Source: an archaeon (GTDB lineage: Archaea; Nanobdellota; Nanobdellia; Pacearchaeales; GW2011-AR1). From it: a DNA stretch of 11,115 nt. Where the stretch lies: positions 1-11,115 of the forward strand of contig JABHNB010000009.1 in assembly GCA_018694115.1 (NCBI GenBank), written 5' to 3'. Positions 1 to 6,510 of this stretch are shown piece after piece. The notes under the pieces were generated by a model, which was not told where the DNA came from, ran no database searches, and saw nothing but the letters and a program-made list of their open reading frames with translations. The translations under genes were made by a program, and so were the position numbers. Numbering within the stretch: the first letter of the stretch is position 1; every line of letters begins with the position of its first letter.

Positions 1-81
1 CCACAAAAATACGTTATTTAAGTCTTGTCGACCACCTACTGGTGACATATCAATTGTAGATATTTTTTGTTTTGTATTCAT
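1..81 (-). CDS. Possible 5' end of a minus-strand gene running off the left edge. ATG at 81..79; the in-window translation is MNTKQKISTIDMSPVGGRQDLNNVFLW. Product unknown.
   Basis: Manual reverse-complement translation of 1-81 gives an open frame from an ATG to the window edge. It is not in the ORF track because it is partial. No TATA-like box lies at the expected -25 position (that DNA is GC-rich), so the call is weak. Confidence 0.2.
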   Translation of the reverse strand, partial: MNTKQKISTIDMSPVGGRQDLNNVFLW

Positions 82-100
82 AGCTTTTTCTAAAAAAAAT

Positions 101-190
101 CTGTCCCCGCGATTGGTCAAAAGGGTGCTACGCTCCCGCCGAGCAGGCGCATGTTTTGTCTAACTTGCGGGGTGCGATTCCCGTTTAGTT
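101..190 (+). ncRNA. GC-rich structured element, roughly 60% GC against about 35% background. Candidate small structured RNA or attachment-site-like element. It does not fold as a canonical tRNA.
   Basis: A 7-bp stem, ccccgcg (105-111) pairing with tgcgggg (166-172), includes a G-U pair that only works on the + strand. An internal hairpin cgcc-gagca-ggcg sits at 137-149. The word gcgatt is duplicated at 109-114 and 174-179. T54-loop and acceptor-stem searches failed on both strands. Confidence 0.25.
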
Positions 191-245
191 AGTCTTATGT
201 TTTATCGAGGCTGTTTGAGTTTATATAGTTTTTGTATTGGGGTTG

Positions 246-992
246 TCACTTCTTGGCAACCCTCCAAATAACTTCAAAATAATCTTTATAGTTTTCAGTA
301 ATCTCTTTACTTTCTATTGAAATAGCTAAGGGAAATTCCAAATTCCAGAGCGTAATCAAAACTTTATCACCATAAATAATAGTGCCACTGGGAGAGTGAT
401 GTGGAGCTGGGAAAAATTTAATCTCAGACAACTTTAATGAGGGGCCTTCTTCCACTCGTTCCTTTGATTCTGCACTCTGATTATATATGACCTTCATCTT
501 CATCTTTTGCTTAATTCTTTGCTTGTGCCAATGTTCTAAATAAAATGGAAGAAGTTTATATCCTACTCCCGAAGAGCCATAAACAAAAAACTCTTGAGGA
601 TTATCCTTTAGGATCCTAGACATTACGGTCTTCATTCCCTCTTTTCCCTCAAAGATCTCTATCTTAGCCTTCTTATCGGACAACCCTTGAATTTTTGAAA
701 GTTCGGGGATCAACTTTTTTATAGCTTCTTCCTCGTTGACTTTTTGCTCTTTAAACTTCTCTAATATTTTATCTGGTTCAATTGCCTGAAAGTATTTTTT
801 CCCATTCTTGATGGCATAGTTTACTAAGCCCTTCTCTATTAGGGCATCCATGTAATCATAGATTGAGGTTCTAAGTATACTTGTATGCTTCGCTAATTGA
901 TTCGCTAGACTTGGACCTTCTTTTAGAAGTGCGATATAAATTGCCGCTTCTCTTTCTCGTATACCAATCTTTTCTAAGTCTTTTAATTCCAT
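246..992 (-). CDS. TrmB-family transcriptional regulator, 248 aa.
   Basis: The N-terminus MELKDLEKIGIREREAAIYIALLKEGPSLANQLAKHTSILRTSIYDYMDALIEKGLVNYA matches the TrmB winged-HTH pattern (L..LGL...EA.VY..LL..G..TA.ELA....V.RS.VY..L..L..KGLV). It is a paralog of the ORF at 4623..5390; both end in ...AKK. Confidence 0.85.
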   Translation of the reverse strand: MELKDLEKIGIREREAAIYIALLKEGPSLANQLAKHTSILRTSIYDYMDALIEKGLVNYAIKNGKKYFQAIEPDKILEKFKEQKVNEEEAIKKLIPELSKIQGLSDKKAKIEIFEGKEGMKTVMSRILKDNPQEFFVYGSSGVGYKLLPFYLEHWHKQRIKQKMKMKVIYNQSAESKERVEEGPSLKLSEIKFFPAPHHSPSGTIIYGDKVLITLWNLEFPLAISIESKEITENYKDYFEVIWRVAKK

Positions 993-1008
993 ATTTAATT
1001 GAGGGGGA

Positions 1009-1070
1009 ATAACCTTATAAGTGTTGTGCTCTGGTCCACGACATAATTTTAAGTAGCTATTTTATCGAGC
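1009..1070. promoter_or_regulatory. Divergent promoter region with two TATA-like boxes. ttataag at 1015-1021 would serve the minus-strand TrmB gene (start 992). tattttat at 1058-1065 would serve the +strand operon (ATG 1086).
   Basis: Both boxes lie about 21-24 bp from their start codons, which fits archaeal TATA spacing (-26/-27) with short or absent leaders. Confidence 0.35.
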
Positions 1071-1085
1071 ATTATTAAGGACAAA

Positions 1086-1922
1086 ATGGAAAAACAGGAA
1101 AAAACGATGAAGTTCAAGGTTGGGGGAGCAGAGTTAATTGCAGAACTATCCAATGCGCGTGGATCTAGATCCTTTGTAATTCCTAAACAAACAATCCAGA
1201 GAGCCTCATATAGATTTTTGAACGACTCCGTGCATGCAAGATATTTAAATCACGTAATAGAAAACTATGATAATCCTCTTGCAAAGCAACATCTTATGGG
1301 GCTTAGTTCAGAGGATGGGGAAATTAGTTATACTACGCCATTTAGACTAATTGCACTTCAGGAATCTGGTTTATTAGGGGAAGAAAGATTGGCTACTGAA
1401 GGAGATTTATCTAACGTGGGAAGATATTTTCCGCCAGGTATTAGTAAAGAGAGGATAGATTCTGGAATCCTCTTGCGTGATTTTGATGGGCACTATACTC
1501 AAGATCAACAATCTGCAAAAATTTCTGCAAAAAACTTGATTACGCAGTTACGAGATCTTAATATAGATTTTAAGACAACTGAGCCCGGAAAAAGGCCAGG
1601 GTTCTGGAGAACTAGCCATTATAGATTTCTACCGTATAGAGTCTTAACACAAGAAGAGAATACAAATTCTCCGACAGGATTAATATTATCATTAAAAGAG
1701 GGAGTTTCAAAGGAAGAGTTGAGCGAGATTTCTCATCCGCAATTTCTCTATTGTGGACCGCAGACTGAAAGAAAGTTTGGATTACCTAGGACTGCAAGAT
1801 TAGAATATCATACAGATTTTGGGAAATTTTATCAAAATGCACTTGGAGATTTTTCTGATTCTGATTCATGTTCTAGAGTATTAGTTGTCTCTAATGGGGA
1901 ACTCACGAATAAGGCAAAATAA
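1086..1922 (+). CDS. Hypothetical protein, 278 aa. First gene of a coupled two-gene cassette. No family recognised.
   Basis: Long ORF with hydrophilic, protein-like composition. An alternative start at ATG 1107 (MKFKVGG...) is preceded by agga at 1096-1099. Stop TAA at 1920-1922. Confidence 0.7.
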   Translation: MEKQEKTMKFKVGGAELIAELSNARGSRSFVIPKQTIQRASYRFLNDSVHARYLNHVIENYDNPLAKQHLMGLSSEDGEISYTTPFRLIALQESGLLGEERLATEGDLSNVGRYFPPGISKERIDSGILLRDFDGHYTQDQQSAKISAKNLITQLRDLNIDFKTTEPGKRPGFWRTSHYRFLPYRVLTQEENTNSPTGLILSLKEGVSKEELSEISHPQFLYCGPQTERKFGLPRTARLEYHTDFGKFYQNALGDFSDSDSCSRVLVVSNGELTNKAK

Positions 1923-1923
1923 A

Positions 1924-2406
1924 ATGGAAACAAAAAAATCACTCACAAAACATCTGGGTGGCGAGTTAGAGTTAGATATTTCTACAATGGTTATCAAACT
2001 TGTCCGACAGTCTTGCGAAAAGGACGGAGAAGAAGATATCTATATAGAGAATAAAGAAGATTTGAAAGCAATTTTAAACTCTTATAGAGACCCTCTGGGA
2101 GAACTCACACTTAGGCAAAAAGGTTCTCGTCCGAAGAAAGCGGAAAGCTTGTTATGTGTCAAGACAAGTAAAAGACTTTTACCTTTGCGTTATGTTGGGG
2201 GTTCTTGGGACCCTGCCCAGTATATTGCAAGAATAGATCGTTTAAACTACGCAAACTGGGCTTCTGGATCTTTAGAAGATCCTACCGTAAGTCTATCATA
2301 TAAAGAATTTGTCCGATTGGATAGACCTCACTCTCTATATATTCAAGATATAAGAAAAATTTCCGTGGAAAGAAGCGAAGATAGGAAAAGAATTAGAAAG
2401 AATTAA
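1924..2406 (+). CDS. Hypothetical protein, 161 aa. Second gene of the coupled pair. The true start is probably ATG 1924 (METKKSL...) rather than the track start at 1885.
   Basis: ATG 1924-1926 lies 1 nt after the upstream TAA. That tight spacing implies an operon and translational coupling. The track's earlier start overlaps the upstream gene by 38 nt. Confidence 0.7.
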   Translation: METKKSLTKHLGGELELDISTMVIKLVRQSCEKDGEEDIYIENKEDLKAILNSYRDPLGELTLRQKGSRPKKAESLLCVKTSKRLLPLRYVGGSWDPAQYIARIDRLNYANWASGSLEDPTVSLSYKEFVRLDRPHSLYIQDIRKISVERSEDRKRIRKN

Positions 2407-2422
2407 TAGCTTTTAAGAAACC

Positions 2423-2767
2423 CTAATCCTTATACATCCACAACACTAAAGGCATAACCGCCTCACTCTTCAACCCCTTAACCATCTTCATTAAATCCTC
2501 GTGGCTTCTACAGAACATCAATCTATATGAAAACGAAGATCTTTTTTCTTTCAGTATTGGGAATTCTTCTACAATTTCTCTTTTTAATCTTAGCATATTC
2601 CATGATTGAAAACTCTCTGCATAAGATATTTTACCCTCGATATCTATTACCGTTTTTGGTGTCAGTGGTTTTCTTTCCATAATGGATTCCCACCACCTCT
2701 TCGTTAATAGTATTAAGATACAGTTTTTATTAAATGCTCGCGTGGTGATTCTTTGACTATAGTGCAA
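2423..2767 (-). CDS. Small hypothetical protein, 114 aa as tracked. A more plausible start is ATG 2680..2678 (MERKPLTPKTVIDIEGK..., about 85 aa).
   Basis: It is the only long ORF in an otherwise gene-free 390-bp interval. The first 29 codons run into the Lrp promoter/TATA region, which favours the internal start. No family recognised. Confidence 0.4.
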   Translation of the reverse strand: MHYSQRITTRAFNKNCILILLTKRWWESIMERKPLTPKTVIDIEGKISYAESFQSWNMLRLKREIVEEFPILKEKRSSFSYRLMFCRSHEDLMKMVKGLKSEAVMPLVLWMYKD

Positions 2768-2770
2768 AGA

Positions 2771-2778
2771 TTTAAAAG
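2771..2778 (+). promoter_or_regulatory. TATA-like box tttaaaag for the Lrp-like gene, preceded by purine-rich aaaga (BRE-like).
   Basis: The box ends 22 bp before ATG 2800, consistent with a leaderless or short-leader archaeal promoter. Confidence 0.4.
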
Positions 2779-2799
2779 ATAGTCCCGTTTTTGTCTTAA

Positions 2800-3792
2800 A
2801 TGAAAGATTTTGCGGAATCCAACCTTTCTTTGAGGGAAAGGAAAGTGTTGAAGGAACTTGATGTGAATGCTCGGCAGGGTATTTCTTCGATTGGGAGTAA
2901 GTTGAAGATTTCGAAGCAGGCGGTTAATTATCATATTGAGAAGATGATTCGGAAGGGTTTTATTAAGGAGTTTATTACTTATTTTGATACGAATAAGTTG
3001 GGGTATACGTTTTATAATATTGTGATTAAGTTGAAGTATACGACGAAGGAAGATCGGAAAAAAATTGTTGATAAATTGAAGGGGATTTCTAATGTGGTTT
3101 GGGTTGCTTCTTTTAGGGGCGAGTATCAGATGATTGTTTCGATTTTGGCTAAGGATGTTGGAGAGTTTAGTTTTTATCTCGAGGAGGTTTTGCATTCGTT
3201 AAAGGGGAAGCTGTTGGATTATAATTTCTTTATTGTGATTAGTGCTTCGCAGTTGGGTTATAAGAAAATTCATAGTGGGACTAAGAGTAAATATAATTAT
3301 GATGCTATGATTGGGCACAAGGACTTGGCTCGTCTTTCGGGGAATGATTTGAAGGTGTTGAAGATTATTGCAAATAATGCGAAGATGTCGATTGTTGATA
3401 TTGCGAAGAGGACTGGGTTGACTATTGAGAAGGCGAGGTATTCTTTGAAGAAGATGGAAAAGGAGAAGATTATTCAGGGATATAAGCCGTTGGTGGATGT
3501 TGCTCGGTTGGGTTATCTTTGGCATGTTATGTTTTTGAGATTGAAGTCTTCTAGTGCGGCGGAGAAGGAGAAGATGATTAGTTTTTTGAAGAGTTTCCCC
3601 GAGGTTTTTTATGTTGTTAGGGGAGTTGGTAATTGTAATTTGATGGTTGAGTTTCAGACGAAGACTTTGGATGAGTTTGAGAGGGTTAAGGATAAGGTTT
3701 CTAATGAGTTTAGTGGATTGATTGCCGACGAGAAGACAGTACAGTTGATTGAGGAGCATAAGTGTACTTATTTTCCCGGGAGTTTGGGGTAG
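2800..3792 (+). CDS. Lrp/AsnC-family regulator with two tandem HTH+RAM modules in one 330-aa chain.
   Basis: Module 1: LRERKVLKELDVNARQGISSIGSKLKISKQAVNYHIEKMIRKGFIKEF. Module 2: LSGNDLKVLKIIANNAKMSIVDIAKRTGLTIEKARYSLKKMEKEKIIQGY. Each is followed by a roughly 80-aa RAM-like segment. The coding strand has a strong G>C skew. Confidence 0.8.
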   Translation: MKDFAESNLSLRERKVLKELDVNARQGISSIGSKLKISKQAVNYHIEKMIRKGFIKEFITYFDTNKLGYTFYNIVIKLKYTTKEDRKKIVDKLKGISNVVWVASFRGEYQMIVSILAKDVGEFSFYLEEVLHSLKGKLLDYNFFIVISASQLGYKKIHSGTKSKYNYDAMIGHKDLARLSGNDLKVLKIIANNAKMSIVDIAKRTGLTIEKARYSLKKMEKEKIIQGYKPLVDVARLGYLWHVMFLRLKSSSAAEKEKMISFLKSFPEVFYVVRGVGNCNLMVEFQTKTLDEFERVKDKVSNEFSGLIADEKTVQLIEEHKCTYFPGSLG

Positions 3793-3852
3793 GGTTATTT
3801 ATATGATTAAATTTGTTGGTGCGATTAGTTAGTAATATTTTATATCTCCATT

Positions 3853-4530
3853 TTACGGCCTGTTATGACAATGCGGTCGGTGGTGATGGTCTATTTGTTT
3901 CAAATGCCCTGCACTCCATTGGTAATTGTTTCCGTCTGGGGATTGGACATAGATTTTATCAAGATCAGCTTCTCTGATGTTTTTTGCTCCCCGAAGATCT
4001 GTATTAACAAGTCTCGCCCATTGAAACTCGGCCCCGTCAAGATTAGCCCCTCTAAGATCGGCCCCGTCAAGATTCGTACCCAAAAATAGCGCATATTTAA
4101 GATTTGCATTTCTAAGATTTGCATCTCTAAGGTTTGCGTCATAAAAATGTGTCTTTGTAAGATTTGCTTTGTAAAAGTTTGCTCCCCTAAGGTTTGCGGC
4201 AAAAAAGTCTGCCCCATAAAGATTTGCTCCCCTAAAGTTTGCTTCTTCAATGCTTGCGTTTCTAAATTTTGTATTATTGTAGCTTACATCCGGATCCTTA
4301 CAGTCTGTTGGTTCTAGGTTTGCAAAGGAAAAATTAGCTCCATTTAGATTTGCTCCCCAAAAATTTTTTGTAAAGTTTTTCTTTTCAAAGTTTGCTCCTT
4401 CGAGATTTGCTCCCCTAAAGTTTGTCCCTGTAAGCTCAATATCATTTACCTTTCTGAAATCTGTTCCTCGAAGATCAGCTCCTTCAAGATTTGAACGGGG
4501 TTCAATTTTGTATGTTTTTTTTATTTCCAT
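3853..4530 (-). CDS. Pentapeptide-repeat protein, 225 aa.
   Basis: Repeated A(N/D)L(x)x units throughout (ANLEGANFEKKNF, GANLNGANFSFANL, ANLRDANLRNANLKYALFLGTNLDGADLRGANLDGAEF). The C-terminus is His/Cys-rich (HHHRPHCH). Confidence 0.85.
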   Translation of the reverse strand: MEIKKTYKIEPRSNLEGADLRGTDFRKVNDIELTGTNFRGANLEGANFEKKNFTKNFWGANLNGANFSFANLEPTDCKDPDVSYNNTKFRNASIEEANFRGANLYGADFFAANLRGANFYKANLTKTHFYDANLRDANLRNANLKYALFLGTNLDGADLRGANLDGAEFQWARLVNTDLRGAKNIREADLDKIYVQSPDGNNYQWSAGHLKQIDHHHRPHCHNRP

Positions 4531-4588
4531 TTTTTTATTTTAAGCAGTTATTTGTAACTACTTCTTAATAGTCATACATAAATAACAA

Positions 4589-4621
4589 TACTTAAGTACT
4601 CTCTACTATACAATATAGTAG
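4589..4621. promoter_or_regulatory. Two palindromes in the divergent promoter, ending 1 nt before the TrmB-like ATG (4623). TACTTAAGTA is at 4589-4598. CTACTATA-caa-TATAGTAG is at 4603-4621. Candidate TrmB operator sites.
   Basis: Both are perfect inverted repeats, each built on TACT...AGTA half-sites. The second overlaps the expected TATA/TSS for the 4623 gene. Confidence 0.4.
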
Positions 4622-4622
4622 T

Positions 4623-5390
4623 ATGGAAGAAAGATTTGAGGAAATTTTGACAAAAATTGGTTTAACGGTTCCGGAATCACGAACGTATCTTGGGTTGTTG
4701 AAATTAAAAGAAAGTCAGACTGGGCAACTTTGTAAGTTAACGGGAATAGCGTCTTCGAATATTTATAAGGTTCTTGATAGTTTAGTTGAGAGGGGTCTTG
4801 CTGGTTACAAGTTGAAGAATAATGTTAAGGTGTTTATGGCGTCGCCTCCTGAAATTTTAAAGGAGCTTTTTGTGGAACGTGAGAGGAAGTTGAGAGAAGA
4901 AGAAAAAGAGGTTGCTGATATGATTAAAAATTTGAAGAAGCCAAATGATGCTCCAGCGCCTTATGCTAATTACAAGTATTTTGAGGGGATTTCTGGGGCG
5001 AAGGCGATGTGGCTTGAATTTGCGGATTATGATTCTAAGGATGATTATGCTGTGGCGAAGATTTATAGTCAGAAGAAAGAGGCGTATGGAGCTATTGTCG
5101 GGTTTTATGATGAGTGTCATAAGGTTTATGGGAAATTGGGGCGCCGATATAAAATAATTCTTCCGTTTGAGGACGAGGCTCTAGGGAAGAAGAGAAAAAA
5201 GGTCGGTAAGGGGTTTGAGATTAAATATGCTGATTTTAAAAATGAGGCTGAGTGGGGTGTGAGGGGTGATAAACTTTATATTCAGACAACTACTGGAAAG
5301 TTGCCCGTTTCTTTCTTAATCAATAATGCGAAAATTGCTAAGACGTTTGAGCAGGTTTTTGATGATGCTTGGAGGCATGCCAAGAAGTGA
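4623..5390 (+). CDS. TrmB-family transcriptional regulator, 255 aa.
   Basis: N-terminus MEERFEEILTKIGLTVPESRTYLGLLKLKESQTGQLCKLTGIASSNIYKVLDSLVERGLAGY matches the TrmB winged-HTH. The C-terminal half aligns with the paralog at 246..992. Confidence 0.85.
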   Translation: MEERFEEILTKIGLTVPESRTYLGLLKLKESQTGQLCKLTGIASSNIYKVLDSLVERGLAGYKLKNNVKVFMASPPEILKELFVERERKLREEEKEVADMIKNLKKPNDAPAPYANYKYFEGISGAKAMWLEFADYDSKDDYAVAKIYSQKKEAYGAIVGFYDECHKVYGKLGRRYKIILPFEDEALGKKRKKVGKGFEIKYADFKNEAEWGVRGDKLYIQTTTGKLPVSFLINNAKIAKTFEQVFDDAWRHAKK

Positions 5391-5409
5391 TCTTTAATCA
5401 ACAACCTTC
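5388..5409. repeat. Left copy of a roughly 23-bp direct repeat (tgatctttAATCAACAACCTTC). It overlaps the convergent stop codons of the TrmB gene and the cupin gene.
   Basis: An identical 14-mer AATCAACAACCTTC occurs at 5396-5409 and 6303-6316. Flanking similarity (tgatcttt versus tgattattc) gives about 20/23 identity with one indel. Confidence 0.4.
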
Positions 5410-5735
5410 TGTTGTTCGGGCGTCCACTTCGGAGCGTTAATCAAGGACAATAATAACTTATCACCCTTAATATAATATTTCTCTCCTTGTTTTAAAGAAT
5501 ATGAATCGCCCTCGTTGATTTGGAAGTCGCCTTTTTCGGAGTGAATTGTTCCTGAGCCTGAAATTACGAAGAACATTCCTTCGCATTCTGTGTTTACTAC
5601 TCTTTTTTCTGTTGGGTAGCGTCCGTCAATTGATGTTGTTGCGTAGCTTAGTCTGTTCGTTGGGTGGTCGTGTTCGTATACTGTGCAATCCTTGGAGCCT
5701 TCGTGAACTCTTGCGTTTTGTTTTTTGATTAGCAT
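5394..5735 (-). CDS. Small cupin-fold protein, 113 aa.
   Basis: The sequence has a double-strand beta-helix pattern: YEHDHP...GRYPTEKRVVNTECEGMFFVISGSGTIHSEKGDFQINEGDSYSLKQGEKYYI. This is the G(X)5HXH...E...G...G...H cupin-like spacing. A TATA-like ttaaataa sits at 5756-5765 on the minus strand, 21-30 bp upstream. Confidence 0.6.
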   Translation of the reverse strand: MLIKKQNARVHEGSKDCTVYEHDHPTNRLSYATTSIDGRYPTEKRVVNTECEGMFFVISGSGTIHSEKGDFQINEGDSYSLKQGEKYYIKGDKLLLSLINAPKWTPEQQKVVD

Positions 5736-5868
5736 TGGATTATATGGATTAGGAATTATTTAAGGATTGTGGGGGTATGCTTCATGAGGTTGATAGTATG
5801 ATTAGTTAGGGTTGCGGGAGCTTCAGATAGGAGATTGGGTGGGTTGGGAAGTATGAGTTTTTGAAAGT

Positions 5869-6213
5869 TTAAGCTACGCGTTTTCTAAGTTCTTTTAGCC
5901 TAGAAGCATGTGGTTCTGGAATGTGCGGAGAAGACCCCTCTCCGTTGACATATCCATTAAGAACTGTTATTCTGGCAGCCATTCTTTCTTTGTAGTCTTC
6001 CTCTCCTGCTTGCTCATAGTGATCTTTTGCCTTGGTCATTATTGGGATTAATGTTCCTTGAACCCATTCTGGCGATGGATTATTGTCCCAAACTTTCATA
6101 TGGGCCATGCTTGCAATTTGACTTAAATCTTCATCACTTTTTACTCCTATTGATTCATCTAATAATTGTGCTAATTCTTCTACGTTTTTGTATGCTGTCT
6201 CTGAGTGTCTCAT
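5869..6213 (-). CDS. Hypothetical protein, 114 aa, acidic and hydrophilic.
   Basis: Protein-like composition (MRHSETAYKNVEELAQLLDESIG...). A TATA-like ttatataatttt at 6231-6243 sits about 24 bp upstream. The overlapping +ORF 6027..6296 looks spurious. Confidence 0.55.
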   Translation of the reverse strand: MRHSETAYKNVEELAQLLDESIGVKSDEDLSQIASMAHMKVWDNNPSPEWVQGTLIPIMTKAKDHYEQAGEEDYKERMAARITVLNGYVNGEGSSPHIPEPHASRLKELRKRVA

Positions 6214-6293
6214 GTGTTGAATTAAATAGAGAGGCTTATATAATTTTGGGTGGATGTTATAATTGTTATGGTTTTGTGTATATGAAGACTGGT

Positions 6294-6316
6294 TGATTAT
6301 TCAATCAACAACCTTC
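6294..6316. repeat. Right copy of the roughly 23-bp direct repeat (tgattattcAATCAACAACCTTC).
   Basis: See 5388..5409. This copy encodes ...KVVD* on the minus strand, exactly as the cupin gene does. Confidence 0.4.
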
Positions 6317-6357
6317 CATTTCTCCACTAATTTTATAAGCCCATTCTCTTTATCTTA
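6301..6357 (-). pseudogene. Probable severed 3' fragment of a second cupin-like gene. It encodes DKENGLIKLVEKWKVVD* and is bounded upstream by an in-frame TAA at 6355-6357.
   Basis: Manual minus-strand translation. It aligns to the C-terminus of the cupin at 5394..5735 (GDKLLLSLINAPKW...KVVD*) with conserved DK, an L/I pattern, KW and an identical KVVD-stop. DNA identity is 14/14 at the stop-proximal end. Confidence 0.3.
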
Positions 6358-6432
6358 ATCATGCCAAAATTACTAACAAAATCCAACTATCTTTTGGGAA
6401 TTAATTAGAAATAATAATAGTCTGTCCTCCAC

Positions 6433-6469
6433 GTCACCTACCCCATATATACATATTATATAGGGTGAC
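6433..6469. other. Imperfect inverted repeat flanking an alternating-AT core: GTCACCtaCCCC-ATATATACATATTATATA-GGGTGAC.
   Basis: gtcacc (6433-6438) is the reverse complement of ggtgac (6464-6469). cccc and ggg flank an 18-bp (AT)n-like core. It lies in the 320-bp non-coding gap between the ATPase 3' end and the cupin-remnant boundary. Confidence 0.35.
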
Positions 6470-6510
6470 TCTTTTGCTATTTCCCAGAATTTTATCGACG
6501 ACGAACACAG

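Noticed and set aside
101-190. tRNA or tRNA-fragment interpretation of the GC-rich element
   Set aside because: gggGTgCGAtTCCc resembles a T-arm (GGTTCGAATCC) at 8/10 positions, but it has G at position 55. No matching acceptor stem, D-arm or anticodon arm could be built on either strand.
1885-1923. Upstream extension of the second cassette gene (track start 1885)
   Set aside because: It would overlap the upstream gene by 38 nt. ATG 1924, 1 nt after the stop, is the more parsimonious start.
2713-3759. ORFs 2713..3195(-) and 3199..3759(-), 160 and 186 aa
   Set aside because: They are antisense to the well-supported Lrp-like gene. Their L/N/R/I-rich low-complexity translations are the mirror of its G/T-rich coding strand. 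They are spurious.
3865-4250. ORFs 3865..4089(+) and 3900..4250(-)
   Set aside because: They are embedded in, or antisense to, the pentapeptide-repeat gene. Alternative frames of a repetitive sequence stay open by chance.
4857-5157. ORFs 4857..5120(-) and 4945..5157(+)
   Set aside because: They lie inside the TrmB-like gene 4623..5390. They have R/I/L-rich junk composition and no independent start context.
5546-5728. ORF 5546..5728(+), 60 aa
   Set aside because: It is antisense to the cupin-like gene and has leucine-rich junk composition.
6027-6296. ORF 6027..6296(+), 89 aa
   Set aside because: It overlaps the better-supported minus-strand gene 5869..6213 and is L/I/C-rich and non-protein-like.
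6313-6334. ttccatttctccac as an archaeal ORB (origin recognition box)
   Set aside because: It lacks the CCAnnGGAAA dyad core of known ORBs and is a single copy.
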